Source of the DNA: Laetmonice hystrix
Taxonomy: Eukaryota
Assembly: GCA_965235115.1 (NCBI GenBank)
Contig: OZ249436.1
Location: 26,536,001 to 26,600,000 of the forward strand
Reading direction: 5' to 3'
Length of the DNA stretch: 64,000 bases
Shown here: one piece after another, positions 45,565-59,305 of the stretch
Layout of the letters: each line of letters starts with the position of its first letter
Numbering within the stretch: the stretch's first letter is position 1
The notes under the pieces: model-generated
Told to the model about the DNA's origin: nothing
The model's input: only the letters and a program-made list of their open reading frames with translations
Databases searched by the model: none
Translations under genes and position numbers: made by a program

Positions 45565-48500
45565 ATGTGTCGGATTTGGAACCTCGGCATCATCTGTTGT
45601 CGATGAAGGCGCACCCGCTGGTTCAATGGACAAAATCTGAATAACCGAATCTTGAGCGCTCTTCTTCATGTGCATCAAAAGGCTCTGTTGTCTGAGATTT
45701 TTTAAAATATTAAAGTAACCATAAGGCACCCCGAGTACGTGACATATATCAAAATAATGATATCAGCAATGTTATATTTCAGCGAAGTAAACATATGCTG
45801 TTAATTTAGGCTTCCGTTTATTTTAAACTTGAAACCTCATAAAGACTTGAGTAATTTTTGTTCCATGCACATGCTGCAAGTTTGGAAGGACAGCGTCAGA
45901 ACTTACATGTCTGGGGTCAAGAGGAGCTGAAATAGGATGCTGGCGCGGACGAAAGGTAAATCTGAATCATTGTGTGATGAAGTGATGGAATCTTGAACAG
46001 GGAATTGTGAGTTTGACCCCAGTACCACTGCCAGTACGAGGTCAACCTGGTCAATGGCTACCTGTACCGTGTCCGTGTACACGTCTATCGTAAAGTCCAC
46101 GGTCGTGTTTATCCCGGCGATAGACCTTTCAATAATAATTATTAAGACAGTTCTGTGGTTTCATTGAATTCTATAAATTCTATAATTCACAAAAATATAT
46201 AAAGTGCCATGTTATGATGACTTAGAACCTTCTCACATGGCACAGATGTGAAGATTATACATGTACGTGTACCTTGTCGTGGGGACGTCAGAGCACAAAG
46301 TGACATTCAATTGGCAGAACTTGTCTATTGCCATATGAAGAAGAGGTTTCCAATTCTTGGCTCCATTCATCATCTGAAACAGAACATAGTCACAAAATAA
46401 TCATTTCACGTTCATATACATTTTTTGAAAGCGTTTTCACACTCACCTTGTTCTCCATATAAAATATCTTTGTTATAGTTTTATAAATTACTTTGATTAT
46501 TGATCCAGTAAATATTACGACTTTGAATTTATTAAAAATTGGTACATGTACCTGCTTTGGCGAGGCAGCGGTAAGAAATCGCACCCTCACGCCATTTCTC
46601 CATATCGTATTGATATCTGTCGACAATATCACATAGAATCTCAACGAATCAGGCTAGGTAAGAGTATAAAGACATCATAGTTTGGCTATGGGCCTATATG
46701 GCTTAACGGTGATTGGTATGCGGGTTTTGTGTGTATTTTCACAATAAATTGCCACGAAGGTTCAAACAAACAGACTGAAGTGCGCACTCCGAAGTGCCAG
46801 AGCGCCGCATTGCGGCATTCGGCGGAATCGTCATCAAGGAGGTTCCGCATAAAAGTTGCCAAATAGCAGCATATTGATTTCAATTAATAAAGGTATGCCA
46901 CGGTAAGGTCGTGGTGTTCTCTGCACCCCCCCCCCCCCGCTTAGACTACAAAAATATAAATAATAAAAACTAGGTAAACCACTGGTCAGGAACAAAACAA
47001 TCATGATGGCAATACTGATGCACTGCACTATAGGTACTCTACTCACATGGTGACAAGATAATGTTAAGTCTTTTTTTTCATATTACCTGTCCGCCCTTTT
47101 ACTTCTTCCAACAACCGTTGTTAGAATGTTCTAAAGGTTGAACCCGATGTATAAAATACTGTACAATATAGAGGCACATACCGACACACCTGACTGGCGA
47201 TATTAACCGTAGAGAGGTTCCGTTCATACAGACACACTCGTAACCCTGTGTCGTGTTCACACATCGCACGTTATTAGACTCCAAACACTGGAACGCCACC
47301 TCTGGGGTCGAGCAGGTCGCCACCGCTGTACGAGCAGAACAATCACAAGATTTGTACAATGGGGTCGAGCAGGTCGCCACCGCTGTACGAGCAGAACAGT
47401 CACAAGATTTGTACAATGGGGTCGAGCAGGTCGCCACCGCTGTACAAGCAGAACAATCACAAGATTTGTACAATGGGGTCGAGCAGGTCGCCACCGCTGT
47501 ACGAGCAGAACAGTCACAAGATTTGTACAATGGGGTCGAGCAGGTCGCCACCGCTGTACGAGCAGAACAGTCACAAGATTTGAACAACGGGGTCGAGCAG
47601 GTCGCCACCGCTGTACGAGCAGAACAATCACAAGATTTGTACAACGGGGTCGAGCAGGTCGCCACCGCTGTACGAGCAGAACAATCACAAGATTTGTACA
47701 ATGGGGTCGAGCAGGTCGCCACCGCTGTACGAGCAGAACAGTCACAAGATTTGTACAACGGGGTCGAGCAGGTCGCCACCGCTGTACGAGCAGAACAGTC
47801 ACAAGATTTGTACAACGGGGTCGAGCAGGTCGCCACCGCTGTACGAGCAGAACAGTCACAAGATTTGTACAACGGGGTCGAGCAGGTCGCAACCGCTGTA
47901 CGAGCAGAACAGTCACAAGATTTGTACAACGGGGTCGAGCAGGTCGCCACAGCTGTCCGAGCAGAACAATCACAAGATTTGTACAATCTGTAAGGTCAAA
48001 CTGGAGTAGGAAACGGTAGGTTGTAATAAATATCGTTCTAATCCTAGAAAACGGTCAGTTTTTATTGTTTTTACCTTCAGTTACTATAGATGGTTCCATC
48101 GTTGTTCTGGCAGGTATGTAGGTGCTGACTGAAATGGAATATAGATCCTAATGTGGAACATCGTAAAGGGTGGTATCAGTATACACGTGTCACGGCTATA
48201 ACCCAGAAATAGTAATAATGAACCAATTACATGTGGGGATTTCCTAATGGGCAAAGTCTACCACTTTTAATTATTTTTAAATAAAAAAAGCAGGAGAAAG
48301 GCAATGAGATTTTGCAAACCTTCGGTCATTGTATTAACCAAGACTGCAGTGGTATTAGCTGAAAATACAATGCTTCTTTTATATATGATTCAGCTTTTTG
48401 TTGTCGAGTTCAATCTTTTTATCAGCATACAAAATTAGCTTCAGATTTAGCAATAGTGTTGTCGTACAGACATATGCATGTAGAAACGTGCGATTCGCAG

Positions 48501-50501
48501 TGTCACGAGAGCATTATTTTTCATTACTTCTTCAGTTAAGGTTTTATTTCAGGTGATAATTTATCAGCTAGAAAAATAAGTAATATAGGCGTACGAATAT
48601 TACACATCGATATCCCATTGCGCCTTTTCTGGGACACTACAGGTCGCAAATCGTATAAATAATATTGTGTGCTGTATTTTTGTAAATTCATACCTATTTC
48701 AAACGTTGTTGTTGGAGAGGAGGAAACTGACGTAGAATCATCTATCGAAATAAACAAAGACAAACGGTTTATACCAGTTAATTAAAATAGACAAAAGTCG
48801 ATAAAGAGTTGTCTTATCTTCCTGAACAATCAAACCCAAGCGCAGTAGGCCTATCAGTTTTTTAAAACTATAGTCGCCATATCCCCCCCAATCATTTTGA
48901 TCATACTTATTATGCTACCTGCAGCTGAACAATTCTGGTTATCAGCATCGAGGAAGTTGGAGGAGTTAGCACAAACACATCGACTGAAGGTTGAGTTTAT
49001 AGTGAAACACGTGGTATTTTTTCCACAACCTCCACCGCATAATGCTGGAATAATAATAATATTGAAGAAATTAGATCTGTGTATGCTCATTTTTATCTAT
49101 GTAAATTATGCAGTTAATATCTAACTTTTGGGACAATACTTTCATGAGAAAATTGCTAATTGGAGATGAATTACCTGAAGTCTAATTCATTGTCGATAAA
49201 TCATGAGTGGCCAGAGAGAAACTATAATTTGAAGTCGAACTGAAATGCTGTCCATAATTATCTAGGTTCATCTTTGACCGGCTTACATGGAACATTGCAG
49301 GTTAACTGTTCATCTTCAGACCACGGTAAACTTCCATCATGACAGGTACAGTTATAGTGCGTTACGTTATGAAATGTACAGTTTCCATGATTACCACACG
49401 CACCAGGATACTTTACACAAGGTAATTCTGAAAACAAGAAATTGATCCAATAACTACATCTATACATGCCAAGTCGAATAGGCGGGCCTACCTTCACAGA
49501 GAGTTAATTAAATGTAGTTTACAGAGGGTATCACAGGAGCGGATCTAGAAAATCTAGGGGGGGGGGGGCATCGGGCGAAGAGCACCTTACGAGCGCCAAT
49601 GACGGGGTCTGGGGGTCCTCCACTATTGAAACCTTTGGAAACTAGCCACTCAGAAATTCCTTCCTATGGCTTTCTGGGGCCCATGTGATAACCAGAATAC
49701 TGGTCCTCGGCTGTTCAGTCCACACACTCAGGCTCCAGGGCCCCCTGACTCCCCTGGATCCGCCCCTGTATCAATACCCCGCGATAACACTCTCGTTTCT
49801 GGTCGATCGAACTGAGAGTGAAATTCAGGATTACTATGACCTCATGGGGCAAAGAGTAGAGTGGTGTGTGAACGAACAACGCTGGACTTACTGGTTTTCT
49901 GATCAAGTCCTGTCTTGTCTTACTTACAGTTTTGTCCCCTCGGGGGCATAAGGAAGCCAAAGTGACTAGCATGGGTGGCGTGGGCCTTTTTTGGGGGGTG
50001 GGGAGGAGGAGGAGATCTTGCTTGGTCCGAAAAAAATCTACGGGGGAGGGGATTCTAGTCCATCCGTAAATACCGATAGAAGGGGGGGGGGGGGGTATCT
50101 ATTATCTGTTTATCTAAAATGTTACCGGTATATGTAATCTAAAAACAAATATCTATTATATGTTTTGAAAAACACCCACACATTTTAAATAAGTGATGTC
50201 ACCATTGTGCCATTTCGTTCTAGCAAAGCTAGTCATAACTTATTAATATCCAGATATTAGCAAACGATATTCAGGAAACAAGCAATAAGGCCAGTGTATA
50301 GGCTATAATATTTTCATTATTTCCAATAATATTCTTTGACAATTTCAACATTCTTGCCACAGCGACAATCGACCTGCAGTTTACCTATACAGGTTCCATC
50401 ATACCACGTCAGACTAGAGTTAACACAGGAACACAGACTGTGTGACGAGTTGGCGTTAGTACAGAGTGCATCTGGTCCACACCATACTATTTCACATGGC
50501 A
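45565..50501 (-). CDS. Host gene fragment: N-glycosylated EGF-repeat protein followed by a possible SEA-like module; exons 50385-50501, 49287-49427, 48919-49044, 48075-48128, 47182-47325 (minimal), 46552-46616, 46273-46373, 45907-46125, 45565-45691; start and end not located
   Basis: Four phase 1-1 exons each encode a 6-Cys EGF-like unit (e.g. CVKYPGACGNHGNCTFHNVTHYNCTCHDG..C). All nine exons join in frame with GT-AG introns. The SEA-like label is inference. Confidence 0.85.
47304..47987 (-). repeat. 12 x 57-bp tandem repeat spanning the intron/exon boundary of an EGF exon
   Basis: Units start every 57 bp from 47304 to 47931. Each reads ..tgttctgctcgtacAG|CGGTGGCGACCTGCTCGACCCC on the minus strand and is open as LYKSCDCSARTAVATCSTP. 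Confidence 0.95.
49534..49768. mobile_element. MITE of the abundant CAGGGGCGGATCCAG family with 5-bp TSD (TATCA)
   Basis: caggagcggatctag / ctggatccgcccctg; tatca on both sides; half-copies of this terminus at ~4620, 11480, 33150, 38395, 42295 and 52503. Confidence 0.8.
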
Positions 50502-53500
50502 CTGGAAATAAAACATAAACTCTTCTTAGTTCTGATAAATACGAAGCTGTAGGGCAATGAAGAAATGAATGACGCACTAACTCGTTCGTACGACTTACTA
50601 AATCGTACGAACGACTTACTAACTAATATGTACAACATACTAAAGCCTGTGATCCACAGAGAAATTGTTCAGCCGACCGAGTCGCACAAGTACATTATGC
50701 GGCGCTCAAATCCACAGGCCCCGCGATTTTAACTCGTATTTTTGGATTTTTGGTCACATGATCAACACGGCACAAAAGGTTTGGGATGGAATGGACCCAC
50801 TTTAGAAGGTGAATTATTGTCTTATCCATTCTCAACGATCACATTCAAACGTCGTATTCAGTTGTTCAACAGAAGATGGTGCCAGAAGAGTTGGGGAGAC
50901 AGAAGCACAGAGGCCACGGGGGGGAGGTGAAAGATGGGTAAGACCCCCCTCTCAGCTTGAGAGTTGGGGGAGGGGTCTTTGCCCCTTCGTCCCAGCGCCT
51001 ATATTCAGGGATAGAGTTTCATTTATAGTGCAATGATTCCTGGCACTATGGATGGTTTCATTCTTTAACTCTCAGAAATCCTCTACCAGTACTACATTTG
51101 TACGTCTATTAAATCTCTCTAGGATCTGGGATAAGTGACATAAAATGATCCACCAATTTATATACGTGAAAAGTACGCAGTCTATATTCAACCTTCGCGC
51201 CCTTCCAGGTTATTTAGCGGGCAGTTCGATTCCTTCCATCATCACTTATGGCCTTCATCTTTGCCTGATGGTTAAAAAATAAAGATCTAAGTGCCTTTTG
51301 TAGTTTGGCCTTACCCATTCCTCTGATGCGATGATTTCAGGCTACATATACCTCAAACTGCGACCACAGGTGTCCGTACTACCCCACCAATGGTTGCAGG
51401 TAGAGATACTGTGCGAGCCACACAGTAATTAGGAGACTGGTTATCGTTATCAACGAGGAGAGATAGGCAGCAAATCCACATTCTTGATACCGGACACATG
51501 CAGTGCTAGCCAAAGAATTCGGCTCTGTGCTCTGTACAGAGCCGAAGGTCGCTGTTCAGAATTTCCGAGCGTACCCGGACAAATCTTCTGTCTGCCATGA
51601 AAAGCCCTCCCTTGTCTCTATATGTTGATGAAATAGTGATAAATAAACTCAAAATAACTTCTCTCATATCTGCAAGCTGGAAAAGCACGATGCGACAAAA
51701 TAAAGACAGTCACATCTCTCGAACCGAGAAATTTCAATGCTCGTTGAGTGCCGCCATTACCGTCGGAGACACGCTCCAACGCAGAGCTACTTCCGCTTCG
51801 CTTTCGCTTCACACAGTAGTAAGCGAGTCTCTGCGTAGGAGTGTGCGTCGGAGAGATGCATGCGGGAACCAAAGGCAACATGGCGGCCAGTAAAACGCCG
51901 TTAAACGGGTGATCTAGACATGAATTTGACGTTGTACTATTAAAAACACTGCTTCATGACCCCACACACCTACTGTCGAGATAAATGGATGCCGGTGAGT
52001 TGATCAGTGCAAGCGGTGGTGGTCTGGCTTGGGTGTGGTCTGACCCGCCAGGAATTTAAGCCACTGCCTGTAAGCCTTGCTGGCTCGGCGCATGGCTTAC
52101 TACGTAGGCTAATGCAGTGCCAGATTGAAAGTAGGTTCAGAGGTGGTGGTGGTGGTGGTGGTGGGGGGGGGGGGAGGGGGGTGATCTAAGTTTTGCTTTC
52201 GTTCCAGCTCTGGCCGACCTGTGGTAGCCTCTTCGGCTGCGAGCTGTCCAAGGGTCGAGGTGCATAAATTAATTTTAACAAGATCGGTGGAAAACATGCC
52301 CATGCCCAGATGCCCATTTTTCTACAACCTTGTTTCACTACTATTTACGTGGGATACACGCTCCATGACCATCCTCCGCTCTGGTTCGGTTGCACACACA
52401 CCGTCCCTGTTGACACGTCTCCCCAGTCCCGGTACAGTTGGTGTCACACCCACACCTCCTCCGCAAGGTAGAATTACCGTCTGTAGAAACAACCAGTTAC
52501 TCAGGGGCGGATCCAGGATTTTTGTAAATCATGCTAAACCGACGGTTCAACATGGTCAATCGTCAACGGACAGAAGAAAAATTGATTGCCAATGTTTTAT
52601 TTAGATGTGGGTGAAAGAAAGAAATACCATATACTTGTAGTAATATAAACGATGGAAGCATTTTCTTGCCAGAGCGTGAAGGTATCAGAGAATAACCATT
52701 ACAAATAATATTATAGATTAAATTTTACCGATTGACAAAAATAGCCGATAATCAATTAGGATGTAATTCGAATTCTGGCTGAGCTAAACACCGTATATAT
52801 ACGCATACTGCTAAGCTTATGATAAAAGATTCATGATATTTTACAAAGTAGGCCCCTATAGATAATATAAATTGGAATGTCGACTGACTGAGTCCTTCTG
52901 TTTACAAACTTTTAATGGGGATTTATAACTACAGACATGAAGTACGCATTAGTGGAATTTAAAGGGAAAGTATCGCATCGGAGTTTCCAGAGATAACCTC
53001 TCATTGCCATCTGGAGGTCAGTGTCGATATGCCAAGGTCGTTTCGGTCGTTTTCGGTGAATTCGCTCGGTTTCGGTGTTTAGTCTCGCCCCGCGAGCACA
53101 CCCCCCCCCCCCCTCTAGAGAGAAACCAACCGTGACTCCAATGTACCGAAACCGTTTTTCATGTACACGACAGTTTACAAGGCGATATTCTAGCATTCTA
53201 ACATAAGATGCAATTGGTTCCCTTTAACCGAGGACTTTAGCACTGTTTACCAAGAGTCTGTAAAGGTTATTCATTATAATTTTGATCTCTGTATAAGAAT
53301 TCGATAAGGGTTATTTAAGCGATAAGTTAATTATTCTTACCGACAACACATCGTCCAAAGGCATCCTTCTCATTGTAGTCCGAGTCCGAACAACTCTGAT
53401 ATGGGGGCGGTAAATTGGCTCCACCAGCTTCCACAGATGTCAATAGTGATTAGTTTAAAGCCATTCAAGATTTTCTCAATGACTCCAAAAATGAAGACAT

Positions 53501-56500
53501 GGGCTGTTAGGTTAGATAAGGCCTTAGACATAAATCGCATAAATCGGGCGATGAACAAATGAATTTCATTGGCTGTTCAAGTCGATGCCAGGTCAACGAT
53601 TTTGTCAACAACCAGCCATAAGCCGATGGCTTCATAGCTGGAATGTTGAATTTCGTTAGATTTCTCCATTTCCGTGGGTATACCTTATTTATTTATTTAT
53701 TTATTCATTTTGGAGTCATTTAACTAAGAGATAATCTTGAATTGCTTTACCGGCATTCAAATATAAACACAACATTTTAACGAGCTCAATATAATCGAGT
53801 ACGATCAGTAAAGGTTCGTTTTTATGGTTCATTCGAGTAATGACACTCTCAAGCTCTCTGTATCCTTTGGCCATTAAAATGTCCTTTATGGTTATGGAGG
53901 CAGACCCTGATTGCAAAATAACCTCGCAAGGGAAACACAATAATGTTTGGATGTTTGGTTTCTTGCAACTCCCTGCAACTTTTTCTAAAGTGGAGGTAAT
54001 TTTTTTATTTCCAAACGTTATGATTCTCTTCTATGAAAATCTGCCCTGTTAGGGCCTATGTCTGATGCAATCGCAAGGAAAAATCCATTTAGTCATCGTA
54101 ATATTGTATTCTATAGTAGGCTCGTTCATGAAAAGTGAAGGGTGAAATAATATACATTGTAATTGTCTTTAAAAAATTGCTAATTTGAACGACTTGATGA
54201 TAGTTACAATGCCATGATCTGAAATCGTCGAAGTTACAGCCGTACGTCCGGCAGAAGTAACCGTAACATTTAGTAGTGTTGGTGGCCGACTCGATCCGAC
54301 ACGTAGGAGTCGTCGTCGTCATCAGTGTTGGGTCAGTGTCGTTTACAACACTGTCGTCCCAACACGCCCTCTGGTGAGAAACGTACACGCCTGGCGGTGG
54401 GAGGGAACGCATGTCAACTCTTACTCAGCGTGTTATGGTTTGCGTAGGAGGGAGGGATGATTAGTCAACGTTAATTAGGAGGAGTCGGGACCAAGCTGAG
54501 ATATGGCTTCCCGTGTTTTTCCCGTCGTCTCGGAAATGCCGTTGTACTTAATAAGCACATGAATGGACACACGATTTTAAATTCTAAAATTCCATTCCAT
54601 TTACATTTTCCTAGTTCTCTGTTTTTAATCATCTGTCTATAATACATCTTCCGGTGAATACCCTTGCAATGGAGACGGAATTACACTAAATTTAGCCCTG
54701 TAATCCGTAATCATACGACATAAAATACAGAGAATTCATTAAAAAATATTGTTCAATGGTATAGATATACCTTAGTCTATAGACTCTCGTTTTTTCCTGC
54801 CTTCGTCGAGACTCTAGAAGCAGTATTGTGGCAGTATCAAGGCCATAATTAAGCCCCCACTTGGGAATCAGTCCCCGCCCCTGTATCTGGTGGGCTTACC
54901 GTCCTGGTTGAGGGTGACAATGCTGACACAGAATGGGTCCGAGAGCCAGTCTGGACAGAGGATGGGTGTGAGGTTAGTTACCGCCCAGCACAGCCCGGGT
55001 GTGGGACTATCCATGTTATCATCACATTGATAGCATTGCAGATCTGTACATGAAAGTCAGCCTTCTTATAATAGAATATAGAATGATGTATGGGTTGAGG
55101 TATGAATGGTGTATGACATTCACAACCAGGTAATACTGCCCAGGACAAGCCCCCCCCCCCTTCCCGAGCATTCATCCCTATAACTTCATCCATATGAAGA
55201 TATTCATTCTTTGTGTTCTTATATGTTTCCATGTATTATGTAAACTTATGTACATAATATCAATTATGATCTTGTACAGTACCTGCTAGTTCCTTGCCGT
55301 AAAGCTGTAAGAGCAAGGCCATCCCAAAGTGGAGTCCGAAAATGCTAGACAAAGACATCCTGTGAAATATAGTTAAGCTCTTGTGTCCTTAATCTCTCCC
55401 ATTTCCCCCTTCCGCATCCTCGAAATCCTCCAGTAAAGTCCTTCCTTGTTGTCCACACTTGTGGTTAACGGGCGGCTCCAAGTTATGAGTTGTGGTTGAA
55501 AAACTCCAAGCATGAGTGTTCAGGGAAATGAAAGCCTTAATTCTCACACCAGGTCGAGAACGACCAGATAATATGGACCAGCCCTGCACCTCGCATTGGC
55601 CAAGATTGTTAGATTCCTCGTCCCTGTTTTATCAACGTAATATCGGCGTGGTTAGGTAGTTATCTAGACCGGTGTTTGTCAATGAATAGTGATCGCTTGG
55701 CCGATTCATCTGACTGCATGCCATTGCATTTCGAGGTGTACATCGGATGACTGTCATTTAAGAATACTAATGACAAGGGATAGCTCTGCACCCTGGCAAA
55801 GGGACAAATATATATATTGGCTGCAGACGGCATGGACCGGGTTGAGTTGCCAGAATCAATACGTAATGGCCCAGCTTGACCCCCTCCTCAGTGCGGTGTT
55901 CAAAGTCCTGACTTGCAAGCCGTCATCCTCTTGCCTGATGCTACATAATTGAATGCTTACCTGTGTGCTTCCCTTTTCATGAGTGGATTTTCCATTTTGA
56001 AAGTTAAAGGATGAAAGAGCTGAACCACGTCAATATATTATTCAATATTGTTTCTGGAAGTATGCTGCATTAATCATGTGTTGCGTTTGTTGTGGCAACT
56101 ATCGGAATTTAAATACATGCACGTGAATTTGTCACCCTGGTAATAATAATAATGGTACTGCTGTGGCATTCAGGTATATCCTTGCCCATTAAAAAGTGTA
56201 TAGGTGTACATGTAGAAGGGTTTCTGGGTTTTTTTTTTTAACGAGGGAGGGGGTCCCAGATACTTAAAGCAACGAAAAATAATTATATCACATAGGGCTG
56301 CACTGGTAGACCAATCCTATACCTTGCACCTTGGACCTCTAAAAAAAATCAGAAAAAAAAAATGATCAAAAAAGTAATCGTTAAAAATCCACCGCTACTC
56401 CTCACCGGCCCTTCTCTGCCATCTTGTGCCAAGAACATGGGGTTCCCCACTTGGCAAATGACGTCACTTGTGCGTACCCCATTTCATGTGGCAGGACACC

Positions 56501-56658
56501 ATAGAATATGGTACAAGGTGTCTAAGCAGTGACGCGGCAGCAGCAGCGACCGAGAGCCGCCAACATAGTTATTTATAGCGCTGGTCTTCGGTCTTTTCGA
56601 ATTCAGTGCAGCCGACAGCCACACAACCTGGCATGCTGACTCAGTCGACAGTCCCTAC

Positions 56659-56822
56659 CAGGGGCGGATCCAGAGACAAGGCATGACTGTAGCTCAGGAC
56701 TGACAGTCTCAGACTGCAGCTGAGGGTGACGGTCAGCCGCAAACATCCCCAAAGCAATGCTGGGGTGGGGGCTGACTGCATGTCGCTCAAGCTGCCTGAG
56801 CGACAGTCTAGATCCGCCACTG
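56659..56822. mobile_element. MITE of the CAGGGGCGGATCCAG family with 5-bp TSD (CCTAC)
   Basis: caggggcggatccag / ctagatccgccactg; cctac on both sides. Confidence 0.8.
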
Positions 56823-57524
56823 CCTACTACCTCGTCTGTAGGCCTACACATTATCACGAACCTCTCCCTGTCTCGACTCCACTAGTCTCCAGTACTTTTA
56901 AAACTTGAACTAAAGTCCAAACGACTTGTAAAGTTGTATAGGAGGCCTGTAGACGCGTATGAAGGATATGAATGAATGGCGGCAGGGCTGTGGTTCGACT
57001 TAGTGACGTCATTAGTCCTGGAATCCCGCTCTTTTTTGATTGGTTAATACGATGGGCGTGGCAAAAATGGCGGTCTACTCCAATATTCGTGCCTTCTATA
57101 GAGCACACCTCTTTCTATTATCGAATTCTCTATTTTGAACAGCCTATTGGGTTCAATTTTGGACTGGAAAGAAGCTTTAAGGTAAGAAGCACATGTACAG
57201 ACAGCTGAAAAGCTAATATTTTGCCTTTCTTTAAACAGTCAAAAAGTCTTAAGGACCAGATATACTGGTTCGCCCGGCCGGCCGATTTTGGTATATGGTT
57301 GACCACTGAACAACAATGAAAAATGCAGGAGGATGCATATTGGACGGTATCCTGTGACCATATATATGTAAAAATCGCCATCTGACTAGTTTAGTCAGGG
57401 AATATTACAAAAATCTGGGAACAAATTCCCAGATTTTCCCAGAAATTTTTTCACCAATGTGTTCGTAAAAACGGAGCCCTGTTGGGGACATGCAGAAAAA
57501 AATCGTTTCTGAGAAAAAGATTTG

Positions 57525-57816
57525 TGGTGATCTCGAAATTACCACTTAGTGACGTCATTAACTCGTTATTACGACTTAATGACGTCACTAAGTCGTTATT
57601 ACGAGTTAATCGCATTCGTTTCAAAGAAAAAAAATGTGATGATCTCAAAATTACCACTTAGTGACGTCATTAAGTCGTAATATCGAGTTAATGACGTCAC
57701 TAAGTCGTTATTACGAGTTAACCGCGTTCGTTTCAAAGAAAAACATTTGTGGTGATATCGAAATTACCACTTAGTGACGTCATTAAGTCGTAATAACGAG
57801 TTAATGACGTCACTAA
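57525..57816. repeat. ~112-bp tandem repeat (about 2.6 copies), each with a hairpin pair of TGACGTCA palindromes
   Basis: TGACGTCA at 57550, 57580, 57662, 57692, 57775 and 57805. Confidence 0.92.
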
Positions 57817-58175
57817 TTAGGTTGTGAGGGGTCAAACTAAGGGGGTTTTCACGATTCTGAATCGGTTGCATACATTTTTTAATTATATAGGCTACATGTA
57901 TGTGCATTCCATCTCCCAGTGCCGTTCAGGGGATGCCATATTGATTTGATGGAATCATGTTCCATACTTCCATACGGACTGATATGATTGTATACACGTT
58001 ACGGGGCGGTGTGACGTTAAATATTGGGCCCTATGGAAGCACAGGAACATGTATTTTAAATTACAGATATGGCCCTTACGCAGAGTGAGTAGTTGGTGTT
58101 GGGTGATAATGACAGGAGGAAACCCGCGCAGTTTAAAAAAAGTATAAATTCAACTAGGCCTATTGGTTTATTTTA

Positions 58176-58448
58176 GGTTCTTTACAGAATCCCTGAGGAA
58201 TGGTTCTACGAAGAACCTTATAAAGGTTCCCTGTTGGGGAACGGTTCTGTAAAATGGATCTATCTAGAACCCCGGAGGAATGGTTCTACATGGAATCTAT
58301 GTAAAATGGTTCGATATAGAACCGTTGAGGAAGGGTTCTGTAAAGAACATTTTCAAAATTAAGGGTTCTATATACAGCACCCAAAAGGGTTCTGCCTGGG
58401 CGACGACCTAAAGAACCATTAATGGTTCTATGGAGAACCTTTTTTGTG
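58176..58448. mobile_element. Degenerate non-autonomous DNA element with about 15 GGTTC/GAACC subrepeats (EnSpm-like remnant)
   Basis: Dense GGTTCT and AGAACC motifs in both orientations; termini not clearly recognisable. Confidence 0.5.
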
Positions 58449-59305
58449 TACCTTATCCCGTGGAACAATGGCTTAACACTACTTCCTTCCTAAACTTTAG
58501 TTCTTTCAGACGTGTGCAACAAGGGGTCATACATTGAGAAGCAGGCACATTCTACTTGAACAAAAAAATGCCAATGGCCGTCCGCAATAAATTCATTTAC
58601 ATACGACTATCGTATAACGTATAACGAGTTGCTTTCCAATGGACTAGTTGTTCAAAAGAACGCGGTAGAAAATGAAGGCAGCTGATAATGCACCTCGGTA
58701 GGTAATATATTGAGATCAAATCGCCAGATGGCGCCACCGAGACCTAAAGGCCAGAACGATCTTCTTGAAATTTGTGGTGACTGTGTGGTGACCATCATCA
58801 ATATTATTGACATAAGAATTAATTACACAACCATCATGATGATGTGAAATAATCTCAGGCAAATAATAAGTGAAGAAATATAACAACAAAAAGAAGTAAT
58901 GGCTGACAATGTGATGTGGTGTCACCTGCACTTACTTTACTTGAATGAATGGCTTTTATTATTTCTGATAAACATTGCAACAAACATTTAGGTCAAGCTG
59001 AAGCCCGAAACGGCTTATATGCGAGATAGGGAACCAAAATTTACAAGTTAACATAATATCAGTGCTGCACTCTGGTTATGGGCAGTGCCATTTCTAGTTA
59101 TAAAGAGACCGTCCTTACAATGTAGATATGGTGAAAGATAACAAAACATAAGTTAAGACACAAGGTCGGTTAGTTTAACAGAACAAATAGCATAAACATT
59201 TTAGTGCACTCAGAGATCTTGAACAAATTTGAATAGGTGGAGGTATAAACTTTCTAGCATGTGGAAGTTTGATCGTATCATTAAAACATAGGCCTAGATT
59301 ACTAT

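Noticed and set aside
46834-47046. Hydrophobic stretch VQCISIAIMIVLFLTS as a transmembrane exon
   Set aside because: The donor is weak and the chain 47182 to 46616 already splices in frame without it.
47253-47993. 246-aa plus-strand ORF and 238-aa second minus-strand ORF over the 57-bp array
   Set aside because: They are open only because the unit lacks stops in these frames. Only the LYKSCDC frame continues into a 6-Cys EGF unit with a proper donor.
54089-54412. Cys/Thr-rich minus-strand ORF as an upstream exon of the EGF gene
   Set aside because: Composition is plausible, but I could not find a convincing phase-compatible donor, so it is left out of the gene model.
56400-56580. Promoter-like cluster (GCCATCTT, TGACGTCA, GC-rich)
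   Set aside because: Short motifs alone are insufficient without TSS data.
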